64,000 nt of DNA from Chthoniobacterales bacterium (lineage in GTDB: Bacteria > Verrucomicrobiota > Verrucomicrobiia > Chthoniobacterales > Chthoniobacteraceae): assembly GCA_038207335.1 (NCBI GenBank), contig JBBQZX010000022.1, positions 31,109-95,108 of the forward strand. Reading direction: 5' to 3'. The position numbers and the translations under genes are program-made. Under the pieces are notes generated by a model. The model saw only the letters and a list, made by a program, of their open reading frames with translations, was not told the origin of the DNA and ran no database searches. Below are positions 37,374-47,078 of this stretch, one piece after another; the stretch's first letter is position 1, and every line of letters starts with the position of its first letter.

Positions 37374-39308
37374 ATGAAGTTACTTACCGCCTTGTTTTCC
37401 CTCGCAACCTTCTGCGTTTGCTCCCCGGCACCGGCGGCGGAGCAAAAAACGAATGTCGTCTTCATTCTCGCCGACGATCTCGGCTGGGCGGATACGACAC
37501 TCTTCGGTCACACGAAGTATTACAAAACGCCGAACCTCGAACGCTTGGCAAACCGCGGGATGCTATTCACGCACGCCTACGCCGCAAGTCCGCTCTGCTC
37601 GCCGACTCGGTCGAGTCTTCTCACCGGCCTGAACCCTGCGCGCATCGGCATCACGGCGCCGAATTGCCACCTGCCGCAAGTCATCTTGAAGGCGACGCCG
37701 GGAGTGAAGGCGGCCCCCGGGAGCAAGTCGGTCCCGACGAATTCGGTGACCCGGCTGAATACGTCTTACTTCACGCTGGCCGAAGCCTTGAAAGGCGCGG
37801 GCTATGCGACGGGACACTTTGGAAAATGGCATCTAGGTGCGGAACCGTATTCGCCCTTGCAGCAAGGCTTCGATGTCGATGTGCCGCATTGGGCGGGACC
37901 GGGTCCAGCGGGGAGCTATGTCGCGCCATGGAAGTTCAAGGACTTCGATGCCGATCCCGGCGAGCCGAAGCAGCACATCGAAGATCGCATGGCCAAGGAG
38001 GCCGTGGCCTTCATGGAGAAGCACAGGGACGAACCGTTTTTCCTGAACTACTGGATGTTCAGCGTGCATGCGCCGTTCGATGCGAAAAAGGCGCTCATCC
38101 AGAAGTATCGCAAGACCGCCGACGCCAATGATCCGCAGCACAGCCCGACCTATGCGGCGATGGTCGAGAGTATGGACGACGCCCTCGGCACGCTGCTCGA
38201 CACTCTCGACCGATTGAAGATCGCCGATCGCACGCTGGTGATCTTTTTCTCCGACAATGGCGGTAATATGTACAACGAAGTGGATGGCACGACGCCCACC
38301 AGCAACATGCCGCTGCGCGGTGGCAAGGCGACGGTCTATGAAGGCGGCGTGCGTGTGCCGTGCATCGTGGATTGGCCGGGCCACGTCGCGGGCGGCACCC
38401 GCAGCGATGCGGTGATTCAGAGCTGCGATTTTTACCCGACGATCCTCGACTTGCTCGGACTAAACCCACAGCCGGATCAGCACTTCGACGGCATCAGTAT
38501 CGCGCCTGCGTTGAAGGGCGAACCACTGACCCGCGACGCCATCTTCACCTACTTTCCGCACGATCCTCCGGTGCCGGATTGGCTGCCGCCGTCGGTCACG
38601 GTGCATCGGGGTGCCTGGAAGTTGATTCGAATTTTTTACGGCGGCGAGAACGGCGCACACCGCTGGAAACTCTACAACCTTCGCGACGACCTCGGTGAAG
38701 ATCACGATCTCGCCGCAAAGGAACCGGAGCGCGTTAAGGCGATGGATGCCTTGATCGAAAATTTTCTAACTGAAACAAAGGCGGTCGTCCCGACTCGCAA
38801 CCCAGCCTTCGATCCGTCGCAGCATCATCCGGACGACGAAGGTCAAGCGAAGCCGAAGTATTCAAAAAAAGAAAGTGCCGCAGCGAAGCCTGCGACGCCC
38901 GGGGAGGGCTTGGCCGATAACGATCCGAAGCTGGAAGGCTGGAAGCCGCGGGTCTGCGCGGCGACTGTGCAGGATGGGATTTTGACTTTGAAAGGTCAGG
39001 GGGCGGCGCCCTTTCTTGGGTTCGCGGCGGGGAAGTTGGTCGGCCCGGCCGCGTTGAAAGTCCGCGTGCGATCCGCGATAGGCGGCGCAGGAAAAGTAGA
39101 GTGGCTCCCCACACCCGCAGCCGCGGACAAAGCCAAGTCCGCGGCCTTCCAATTCGCCGGCGGTGAATGGCAGGACGTGAGCGTTGATCTTCCAGCGGAA
39201 GGTCCACTCGGAATCCTGCGGCTCTATCTGCCCGCCCAGAAAATGCCCGTGGACATCGACCAAATCGAACTCCGTAGCGGCGGCACAGTGAAGCGCTGGG
39301 AATTCTAA
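37374..39308 (+). CDS. Secreted sulfatase with C-terminal beta-sandwich domain
   Basis: [33 protein letters not shown] and YEGGVRVP. Confidence 0.93.
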   Translation: MKLLTALFSLATFCVCSPAPAAEQKTNVVFILADDLGWADTTLFGHTKYYKTPNLERLANRGMLFTHAYAASPLCSPTRSSLLTGLNPARIGITAPNCHLPQVILKATPGVKAAPGSKSVPTNSVTRLNTSYFTLAEALKGAGYATGHFGKWHLGAEPYSPLQQGFDVDVPHWAGPGPAGSYVAPWKFKDFDADPGEPKQHIEDRMAKEAVAFMEKHRDEPFFLNYWMFSVHAPFDAKKALIQKYRKTADANDPQHSPTYAAMVESMDDALGTLLDTLDRLKIADRTLVIFFSDNGGNMYNEVDGTTPTSNMPLRGGKATVYEGGVRVPCIVDWPGHVAGGTRSDAVIQSCDFYPTILDLLGLNPQPDQHFDGISIAPALKGEPLTRDAIFTYFPHDPPVPDWLPPSVTVHRGAWKLIRIFYGGENGAHRWKLYNLRDDLGEDHDLAAKEPERVKAMDALIENFLTETKAVVPTRNPAFDPSQHHPDDEGQAKPKYSKKESAAAKPATPGEGLADNDPKLEGWKPRVCAATVQDGILTLKGQGAAPFLGFAAGKLVGPAALKVRVRSAIGGAGKVEWLPTPAAADKAKSAAFQFAGGEWQDVSVDLPAEGPLGILRLYLPAQKMPVDIDQIELRSGGTVKRWEF

Positions 39309-39322
39309 CTCTCGACGACCTC

Positions 39323-40689
39323 ATGATGAATCATCGTCTCTCCATTGTCCTGTTGTTCTCCTTCGCCATCCGTCTCCTCGGGGCGGAGCCGAGCGCGAAG
39401 CCCAACATCATCCTCATCTACTCCGACGATCATGGCTACGCTGACCTCGGCGTGCAGGGTTCGGTGACGGACATCCGCACGCCGAATATCGATGCGCTGG
39501 CGCGCGACGGCGTCCGCTTTAACGCGGCTATGTCTGCGCGCCGCAATGTGTGCCGTCGCGCGCGGGGGTGATCACGGGACGGTACCAGGAGCGCTTCGGC
39601 GTGGAGGATAATAACAAGGGACCGCTGCCGCTGGAGGAAGTGACGATCGCGGAGCGGCTGAAACCGGCGGGCTACACTTCGTGCCAAGTCGGCAAGTGGC
39701 ATCTGGAGCCACCGCAGGACTGGAAGCCAGCGGATGAAAAGAAGGGCGACCGGCAATCCTTTCAGCCTTGGGCGCAGGGCTTTGACGAGTACTTCACCGG
39801 GCAGATGAACAGGTTCTCCGCTTCGCATGACTTGCAAGGTCATGCCTTGCCGAATGCTCCGCATCAGCTCACCGACCCGCGTTTTCGCTGCGTCTGGCAG
39901 GCGGACGCGGCGATCTCTTTCATCGACCGCCACCAGCGCGATCCGTTTTTTCTCTACCTCGCTTTCTTCACGCCGCATGTGCCGCTGCAGTCGCCGGAAC
40001 CGTGGTTTTCCGAGACTCCGAAAGACGCGCCGATGGAGCGCCGTCAGGCCCTCGCGATGATCGCGGCGATGGATGACGGCATCGGTCGGCTCCGCGAAAA
40101 ACTCCGCACCACGGGTCTCGAAAAGAACACGCTCATCTTCTTCATCAGCGACAATGGCGCGCCGCTCAAAAAGGGTGCGTGGGATGGTTCTCTCAATCTG
40201 CCGCTGATTGGGGAAAAGGGGATGCTCACCGATGGGGGTGTCCGTACGCCTTTCGTCGCAGCGTGGCCGGGCACGATTCCGGCCGGGCAGGTCTATGAGC
40301 CGCCCGTGTTGAATCTCGATGTGGCGGCCACCGCGAATGCGCTCGCCGGATTGCCGCCCGATGAAAAGCTCGATGGCGTGAACCTCATGCCTTTCCTGCT
40401 CGGCGAGAAGAAAGGCAATCCGCACGACGCTCTGTTCTGGCGCTGGCGTTCGCAGGCCGCCGTGCGCGCGGATCATTGGAAACTGATCCTGCTCGGCAAA
40501 GGTGAGCGCTATCTCTTCGACCTCGATAGTCCCGAGGGAGAGACAAAGAATCGCCTCGCGGATTTTCCCGACATCGCTGCGGATTTGGACAAAAAACTCA
40601 TGGCTTGGAACCGCCCATCTGACTCTGGCAACTCCACAACGAGGACCCGCTATAATACTCGAACCGATGCTGTGGAGCGGTCTCGATAA
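39323..40689 (+). pseudogene. Sulfatase split by a frameshift near 39520-39526 (real or sequencing error)
   Basis: Frame 1 reads [27 protein letters not shown]. The shifted frame resumes [22 protein letters not shown] and SDNG. Confidence 0.85.
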
Positions 40690-40939
40690 TGCGAGCCACT
40701 GGCCAAGCCCACAGCGGAGCGCTCCAAAGCTGCCGCACAACGATGCGGTGCGGTATGTAGGTGTTCGGCGCGTCGCTCTCGGCGAGAACCGAAGAGCCAG
40801 GGACAAGAAGCCCAATGCCGAAATAGGCCGCCACAAGCACGAGAATAGACTGGCAGACGCGAACGGTGCCCCGGCGAAACTGCATCTCAGCCTGCGAGCG
40901 TTGATGGCGGATTGCATCGCTGGGAGATTCTGGGCTCAT
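40598..40939 (-). CDS. Possible small membrane protein or gene fragment
   Basis: 113-aa ORF with one hydrophobic segment (SILVLVAAYFGIGLLV). It overlaps the sulfatase tail. Confidence 0.3.
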   Translation of the reverse strand: MSPESPSDAIRHQRSQAEMQFRRGTVRVCQSILVLVAAYFGIGLLVPGSSVLAESDAPNTYIPHRIVVRQLWSAPLWAWPVARIIETAPQHRFEYYSGSSLWSCQSQMGGSKP

Positions 40940-41078
40940 TTATGCGGGAGACGTGGCGAAGTCGCCTGACACGATTTAGGCGAAAAAGGGGTTTGGGTGG
41001 AAAATCTGGCGAGAGTCGGCGGGTGGAGGAGGGAGGGCAAGGGTTTTTGCGGGTCGGAATGTGCGGCTCAATTTGCGT

Positions 41079-41136
41079 TTGTAGGGCGGCCATTTTGGCT
41101 GCCTGGGTCCGGGCGGCGTAGATCGCCGCCCTACAA
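41079..41136. repeat. REP doublet (GTAG-type, inverted pair)
   Basis: TTGTAGGGCGGC / GCCGCCCTACAA form a perfect 12-bp inverted repeat, and each half has its own internal hairpin. Confidence 0.75.
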
Positions 41137-41212
41137 CTCCGCTGTGCCACGACCAAGGTTTCGGGTGGGATGCGTGGAACAGAAAAGGGGATATTTTATC
41201 TGCGGGAGGGTT

Positions 41213-41320
41213 GGGGATTTGTGGAACATGGCGCGGGGATTCTTGTAAACCGCACGGGGATTTACAAAATCCCCGTGCGGACTGCGACGATCCCCGTGCG
41301 GATTTCGGAGATCGACGGGG
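41213..41320. repeat. Degenerate ~21-nt periodic tract containing a perfect 13-bp inverted repeat
   Basis: G(G/C)GGA recurs at 41213, 41235, 41256, 41277 and 41298. CGCACGGGGATTT-ACA-AAATCCCCGTGCG lies at 41251-79. Confidence 0.65.
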
Positions 41321-41472
41321 AGGTGCGGGCGCATCGAGAGCGAAGGTGCGTGGATCGTGGGAGGGTGCGTTTGTCGCGAACGCCTCTGGCGACCTGCTCG
41401 TGGTCTTTTCCGACTCTGCACTCTCCCACTTTTTGTTTCCTCCCGGCGGGACGGGGTGGGTAGGGTGGGGGG

Positions 41473-42768
41473 GTGATTGATCGTTATTCTCTTCCCGCGA
41501 TGGCTGCCGTTTGGACGGATCAGCGTAAATATGAAATCTGGCTGGAGATCGAGACTCTGGCTTGTGAGGCGCAGGCAGAGATCGGGGTGGTGCCGGTGGA
41601 GGATGCGCGGACGATCCGGGAGAAGGCGCGGTTTCAGGTGGATGAGATTTTAGAGATCGAAAAGCGGACGAATCACGACGTGATCGCTTTTCTGGAGAAT
41701 GTGGCGAGCTATGTCGGACCGGCGTGCCGGTGGATGCATCAAGGGATGACTTCGTCTGATGTGCTGGATACGACGCTGGCGGTGCAGATGGCGGAGGCAT
41801 CGGATATTTTGCTGAAAGACCTGCGGGAGCTCAGGGAGGTGGTCGCGCGGCGGGCGCGGGAGTTCAAGACGACGCCGATGATCGGGCGGAGTCACGGGAT
41901 TCATGCGGAGCCGGTGACTTTTGGGCTGAAGTTGGCGCTGATGTACGATGAATTTGGGCGGGCGCTGGAGCGACTGGAGCAGGTGCAGCCGCGCATCCGA
42001 GTGGGGAAGCTGAGCGGGGCGGTGGGGACGCACGCGCATCTGGACCCGCGGGTGGAGGAGCGGGTGTGTGAGCGGCTTGGGCTGACTGCGGCGGCGCTGA
42101 GCACGCAGGTGCTGCAGCGGGATCGACATGCGGAGTTTCAGACAGTGCTGGCGGTCATCGGGTCCTCGATCGACCGGTGGGCGACGGAGTTTCGGCATCT
42201 GCAGCGGACGGAGGTGCTTGAGGTGGAGGAGTATTTTTCGGCGGGGCAGAAGGGGAGCAGCGCGATGCCTCACAAGCGGAATCCGATCACGGGGGAGAAG
42301 CTGAGCGGGCTGGCGCGGCTGTTGCGGGGGAATGCGACGGCGGCGCTGGAAAATGTGGCGCTGTGGCATGAGCGGGACATCAGTCACAGCTCGGTGGAGC
42401 GGGTCATCATGCCGGACTCGACGATCCTGCTGGATTACATGCTGGTGAGCGTGAAAAAGCTCGTGGATCGGCTGCTCGTGTATCCCGAGAACATGGAGCG
42501 CAACCTGCGGATCACGAAGGGGCTGTACTTTAGCCAGACGATCCTGCTGAAGCTGACGGAGCGCGGACTGGAGCGGAAGGACGCGTATGAAGCGGTGCAG
42601 CGCGCGGCGATGAAGACGTGGCAGGGGGAGGTGACTTTGCAGGAGAATCTGGCGGCGGAACCGGCGGTGGCGGCGGTGTTGTTACGGGAGGAAATCGATG
42701 CGCTGTGCTCGCTGGATATCCACTTTGCGCATGTGGATGCGACTTTCAAAAAGCTGGGCCTCGAGTAG
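41473..42768 (+). CDS. purB: Adenylosuccinate lyase
   Basis: MIDRYS, TNHDV, GRSHGIHAEP, signature GSSAMPHKRNPI and LWHERDISHSSVER. Confidence 0.97.
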   Translation: MIDRYSLPAMAAVWTDQRKYEIWLEIETLACEAQAEIGVVPVEDARTIREKARFQVDEILEIEKRTNHDVIAFLENVASYVGPACRWMHQGMTSSDVLDTTLAVQMAEASDILLKDLRELREVVARRAREFKTTPMIGRSHGIHAEPVTFGLKLALMYDEFGRALERLEQVQPRIRVGKLSGAVGTHAHLDPRVEERVCERLGLTAAALSTQVLQRDRHAEFQTVLAVIGSSIDRWATEFRHLQRTEVLEVEEYFSAGQKGSSAMPHKRNPITGEKLSGLARLLRGNATAALENVALWHERDISHSSVERVIMPDSTILLDYMLVSVKKLVDRLLVYPENMERNLRITKGLYFSQTILLKLTERGLERKDAYEAVQRAAMKTWQGEVTLQENLAAEPAVAAVLLREEIDALCSLDIHFAHVDATFKKLGLE

Positions 42769-42783
42769 CTCCCGGCGCGCGAG

Positions 42784-43563
42784 ATGAAGCTGCAATCTCT
42801 GCTGAAGACGGTGCTGTATCGGCTGGGGTTTAGCATCAAGCGCATCCGTCCGCGTCCGAAAACGGTGGGCGCGGGAGCGGCGCGGGGACAGGATCGGGAG
42901 GCGTCGCCGTCGGCGGGGGAGTTGCGCGCGCTGTTGCATCGGGAGGATGTTTTCGAAGGGTTCGACTTTGCGAAGTATCCGCTCGATCTGCACGGGTGGG
43001 GGAGCCGGTCGGCGGCGTTTCGGGAGTTGATCGTCGAGCGCGCGCCGCGGCTGGTGATCGAAGTGGGGACTTGGAAAGGCGGGTCGGCGCTGGAGATGGC
43101 GCGCATCCTCGACGAGCAGAAATCGGCGGCGGCGATCCTGTGTGTGGATACATGGCTGGGGGCGCTGGAGTTTTGGACGGACCTCGCGGACCCGGAGCGC
43201 TACGGGAGCCTCGCGCGGAAGCATGGTTACCCGAGCGTCTATTACCAATTTCTGGCGAATGTCTGTCACCGCGGGGCGCAGGAGCGGATCGTGCCTTTTC
43301 CCCAGACTGCCGCGATCGCCGCGCTGTGGCTGCGCTACTACGACATCCGCGCCGACCTCATCTACCTCGATGGCAGCCACGAGGAGGAGGACGTTTACGA
43401 CGACCTGAATGCCTACTGGCCGCTGCTGACGCCCGGCGGCACGCTCTTTGGGGACGACTACACGTGGGACGGGGTCCGAATCGCCGTCGAGCGCTTCGCC
43501 CGCGAGCAGGGGTGCAAGATCGTGCTGCGCGCGGAGAAGTGGATCCTGGAAAAAGCGCGCTGA
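42784..43563 (+). CDS. Class I SAM-dependent methyltransferase (Methyltransf_24-like)
   Basis: IEVGTWKGGSA, CVDTW, IYLDGSH and GDDY. Confidence 0.88.
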   Translation: MKLQSLLKTVLYRLGFSIKRIRPRPKTVGAGAARGQDREASPSAGELRALLHREDVFEGFDFAKYPLDLHGWGSRSAAFRELIVERAPRLVIEVGTWKGGSALEMARILDEQKSAAAILCVDTWLGALEFWTDLADPERYGSLARKHGYPSVYYQFLANVCHRGAQERIVPFPQTAAIAALWLRYYDIRADLIYLDGSHEEEDVYDDLNAYWPLLTPGGTLFGDDYTWDGVRIAVERFAREQGCKIVLRAEKWILEKAR

Positions 43564-43593
43564 GCTGCGGCGCGGCGGCTAGGTGCGCTGGCG

Positions 43594-43818
43594 TCAGCCT
43601 TTGCTCGCGAAAATCCGCATCTGCGAGGCGTCCTTTTGAACTTCGTCGAACTTCAAGAGAGTCGCCGCCTGGCGGTCGAGAAGCTTCGCGTTTTCGGCCT
43701 TAAGCGCTTGAAGCTGCTGGAGTGGCGTCTTCGCTTCGCCGAAGCCCTGACTTTCCACGCGCAGCAGAAACGCGCCGAGCAGGAGAGTTGCAGCGAGGAT
43801 GAGGGGGAGCGTTTTCAT
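43594..43818 (-). CDS. Small secreted coiled-coil protein (74 aa)
   Basis: Signal peptide, heptad-like helix and C-terminus QMRIFASKG. 4-nt overlap with the upstream gene. Confidence 0.8.
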   Translation of the reverse strand: MKTLPLILAATLLLGAFLLRVESQGFGEAKTPLQQLQALKAENAKLLDRQAATLLKFDEVQKDASQMRIFASKG

Positions 43819-44078
43819 CGGGCACCTCCAGCTTTTCCGCCGCTGCGGGCAGCGAAGATGCGTGCTTGCCGGACGGATTCGGCAAGCGTCGCGAGCTTCT
43901 CTTCGATCTTGGATTGATTCTCGACGATCGTGGCTTGCTGGACTGTGAGTTCCGAGATGAGGGCGTTGACGGCGGTCGCATCGGCGTCGGCCTGCGCGCT
44001 ACTCTGTGGCGGGAGGATGGACGCGCCGATTAAAAGGGCGGCGGCAGTTGCCGGCGGGAGGAGTCGTTTGAGGTTCAT
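43815..44078 (-). CDS. Small secreted coiled-coil protein (87 aa)
   Basis: MNLKRLL signal peptide, heptad-like helix and QARIFAARSGG. Confidence 0.8.
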   Translation of the reverse strand: MNLKRLLPPATAAALLIGASILPPQSSAQADADATAVNALISELTVQQATIVENQSKIEEKLATLAESVRQARIFAARSGGKAGGAR

Positions 44079-44137
44079 GCGTTGACTAATGAGCGAGAAT
44101 GGTACCCAAACGCGGTCAACGTAAAATATTTTGGATG

Positions 44138-44153
44138 TGGCGCGATGGCTGCT
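44138..44153 (+). promoter_or_regulatory. Sigma-54 (-24/-12) motif upstream of rpoN
   Basis: TGGCGC-GATGG-CTGCT has GG-N10-GC spacing and lies 37 nt before the rpoN ATG. Confidence 0.55.
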
Positions 44154-44189
44154 TGTGCAGTTTTGGGAACGAAGTAAGCTCCTCAAATC

Positions 44190-45590
44190 ATGGCCGGATT
44201 TTCCCAAACCCAGACACTCTCCCAGCAGCAGGTTCTCGCCCCTCAACTCCAGCAGAGCCTGCAAATCCTGCAGGCGCCGATGCTCGAGTTGCGAAATCTG
44301 ATCCAGCAGGAGATCGAGACGAATCCGACCATCGAACTCGAACTCACCGAGCCGACCGTTGAGGACAAGCAGGCGGAGCGGGATGAGTTTCAGGAGGAAT
44401 TCGAGCGGCTCTCAAAGCTCGACGATGAGTGGCGCGATTACATGGCGCAGAACTCGAGCTACTCCGCGCGTTCCGCTGAGGACGAGGAGCGGCGGCAGTT
44501 CTTTTTCGATTCGCTTGTGAAGGAGGAGACGCTCCAGCAGCACCTCCTCGAGCAGGTGCAGAGCAGCGATCTAAGCGCCAGTGACAGCACGGTCGCGGAG
44601 TTGATCATTGGCAATATCGACGAGCGCGGCTTTCTCCAAAGCTCGCCGGAGGAGATTGCAAACAACACAGGCATGGATGCAGGCGACCTCGCCCGCGTGC
44701 TGGAATTCGTTCAGACTTTTCACCCGGTCGGCGTGGCGTCGCGTGACCTGCGCGAGTGTCTGCTGATCCAACTCCGGCGTTTGGGGAAAGAGCAAAGCCT
44801 CGAGTTTCGCATGGTCGAGCGGCACATGGAGGATCTCGGTAAACGGCGCTTTCCTGAGATCGCGCGGAGGCTCGGAACTACTTCCGAGCTTGTGCAAAAG
44901 GCGGCGAATTTCATCGCAACGCTCGACCCGAAGCCGGGACAGATTTTCGCGGCCGATCCGAACAACTACGTGCTGCCGGATGTGACCGTGGAGAAGGTGG
45001 GTGACGACTGGATGATCTCGCTCAACGGTGACCAAATCCCGCATCTGAGAATCAGCAACACCTACAAGGACCTGATGTCGAAGGACAGCAACGGCAACGA
45101 GGTGAAGGACTACATCCGCGACAAAATCCGCAGCGGGAAATTTCTCATCAAGAGCATCCACCAGCGGCAGCAAACGATCTCGAACATCTCGCACGAGATC
45201 GTGGCGAGACAGCGGGAGTTTCTCGATTTCGGAGCGAGCGCGCTAAAGCCGCTCACGATGGTGCAGATCGCCGATGCGGTCGGCGTCCATGAGACGACTG
45301 TGAGCCGCGCGATCTCGGGGAAATACATGGCGACGCCGCACGGCGTTTTCGACATGAAGTATTTTTTTACGCCCGGCTACCAAACCGCCGGGGGCGAGGC
45401 GATGAGCAACACGAGCGTGAAAGGCGCTATCGCGGAGCTGGTGAAAGGTGAGGATTCGAAGAATCCGCTGAGCGACAAGGAGATCGTGGAGATTCTCAGC
45501 CAGCGCGGTATCCCGATCGCGCGGCGAACGGTGGCGAAATATCGCAACGAACTGAACATCCTGCCGAGCAACATGCGGAAGGAATACTGA
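44190..45590 (+). CDS. rpoN: RNA polymerase sigma-54 factor
   Basis: Gln/Leu-rich region I, HTH VHETTVSRA and RpoN box ARRTVAKYR. Confidence 0.97.
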   Translation: MAGFSQTQTLSQQQVLAPQLQQSLQILQAPMLELRNLIQQEIETNPTIELELTEPTVEDKQAERDEFQEEFERLSKLDDEWRDYMAQNSSYSARSAEDEERRQFFFDSLVKEETLQQHLLEQVQSSDLSASDSTVAELIIGNIDERGFLQSSPEEIANNTGMDAGDLARVLEFVQTFHPVGVASRDLRECLLIQLRRLGKEQSLEFRMVERHMEDLGKRRFPEIARRLGTTSELVQKAANFIATLDPKPGQIFAADPNNYVLPDVTVEKVGDDWMISLNGDQIPHLRISNTYKDLMSKDSNGNEVKDYIRDKIRSGKFLIKSIHQRQQTISNISHEIVARQREFLDFGASALKPLTMVQIADAVGVHETTVSRAISGKYMATPHGVFDMKYFFTPGYQTAGGEAMSNTSVKGAIAELVKGEDSKNPLSDKEIVEILSQRGIPIARRTVAKYRNELNILPSNMRKEY

Positions 45591-45626
45591 TCGCGCCCGG
45601 CGGGATTGCGGTGAAAGTCACGCCCG

Positions 45627-46130
45627 ATGAAGGAATCGCGTGAGGTGAAGTTCGAGGTGCTTGGAAAAGGGGAGCCGGCCGCAGCGGATCCGCTTGTGGC
45701 TTTGATCGCGCGGCTGATGGACACCGCGTTCGTGATCCCCGGCACGAGCATCAGATTCGGGCTCGATCCGCTCATCGGGCTGATTCCCGGTTTCGGCGAC
45801 ACCGCGACCGCGATTGTCTCTGTGCTGCTGATTTTGCAGAGCGCGCGTCACGGCGTGCCGAAAATCGTGCTCGCGCGCATGGCGCTGAATGTCCTCCTGA
45901 ACACGGGAGTCGGCGCGATCCCGGTGATCGGCGATGCGTTTTCGTTGTGGTTCAAATCGAACGCGATGAACTACGCGCTGCTCCGCCAGCACGCGGGCGC
46001 GCGGGAAAAATCGACGCGCCGGGACTGGCTCTTCGTCGTCGGATTGCTCGCGCTCCTGCTCGCGTGCGTGGCGCTGATCGTGATCGGCGCGGTGACCCTC
46101 CTCGCGAAACTCTGGAACGCCGGGCGATGA
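45627..46130 (+). CDS. DUF4112 domain membrane protein
   Basis: ARLMDTAFVIPGTSIRFGLDPLIGLIPGFGD, GAIPVIGD and FKSN. Confidence 0.9.
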   Translation: MKESREVKFEVLGKGEPAAADPLVALIARLMDTAFVIPGTSIRFGLDPLIGLIPGFGDTATAIVSVLLILQSARHGVPKIVLARMALNVLLNTGVGAIPVIGDAFSLWFKSNAMNYALLRQHAGAREKSTRRDWLFVVGLLALLLACVALIVIGAVTLLAKLWNAGR

Positions 46131-46142
46131 CTTTCCCGCGTC

Positions 46143-47075
46143 TCAGCCGCGCCGCATCCTGGGCACCCCGAGCGCGGCGGCTCCGAGTGTCAGCAGACCG
46201 ATCGCGCCCGGCTCTGGCGTGGCGACTGGAGCGACATCCAGGTAGGTTTCCCCGAGCCGGAACTCATCGAGGCTCCACTCGTGCACACCCGGGCCGCTTC
46301 CTTCGCCCGTGCCATAGCTGATGGCGGTGATGCTCGGGAGTTCGAAACTCAGGAGCATGTTTGCCTCGGAGTCCATCGGAGTCAGCCCCGGCGTTGGGTC
46401 GATGAAAAATCGAAAATTGTCGGCGCCGGCGGCGTTGAACGTCATTTTCAGAACGAGCAAATGAGGTGTCCCGATACTTACCGCGACTTGCGAGGCACTA
46501 GGCGCAAGCATTCCAAACTGCGTCGTGCCGGTCGAGCCGAAGACCCCAAAGTTCGGATTGGCGCTGCCCATCCCGTCTGTTCCGAAACTGATGGTGCGAC
46601 TTCCCGAGATGAGACGGAGGCCGCAATAGGAGACATACCCGGAAGAGGGATTCGTATCCATCTCCCGTCGCACGACGAAGCTCGACCAATAGACGGATTG
46701 ATCGGCCGGGAGAATGCCAAAAATGTCCCGTCCGAAGCTGGACGATTCCGCGTCGATTCCCTCCGCGTAGGAGCGGACGCGCTGACCTTTGATGGCGAGG
46801 GAGACACCATTTTGCGCATAATTCAGCGACCCTGACGCGATCGGTTCGGGATCGCCGGCTTGGTCCACATCGACCCAATCGGAGGGTACGCTGCCAAACC
46901 CATACCCGCCAGATTGGCCGTTGAGTTGGTTGCCAGGAACGTAATCGAACGGCTCATAGACGAGGATCGCCGCGTCGGAATGAGCGAAACTGGCGCACGA
47001 AGCGATGCAAGCCGCTGTGAATCGGACGAGGCGTGCGAGACTCCGCCTCTTCCGCGGCGTCGGGCAATCGGTCAT
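46143..47075 (-). CDS. PEP-CTERM surface protein
   Basis: Signal peptide, YEPFDY N-terminus, and C-terminal TPEPG + TM + RMRRG. Confidence 0.85.
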   Translation of the reverse strand: MTDCPTPRKRRSLARLVRFTAACIASCASFAHSDAAILVYEPFDYVPGNQLNGQSGGYGFGSVPSDWVDVDQAGDPEPIASGSLNYAQNGVSLAIKGQRVRSYAEGIDAESSSFGRDIFGILPADQSVYWSSFVVRREMDTNPSSGYVSYCGLRLISGSRTISFGTDGMGSANPNFGVFGSTGTTQFGMLAPSASQVAVSIGTPHLLVLKMTFNAAGADNFRFFIDPTPGLTPMDSEANMLLSFELPSITAISYGTGEGSGPGVHEWSLDEFRLGETYLDVAPVATPEPGAIGLLTLGAAALGVPRMRRG

Positions 47076-47078
47076 AGC

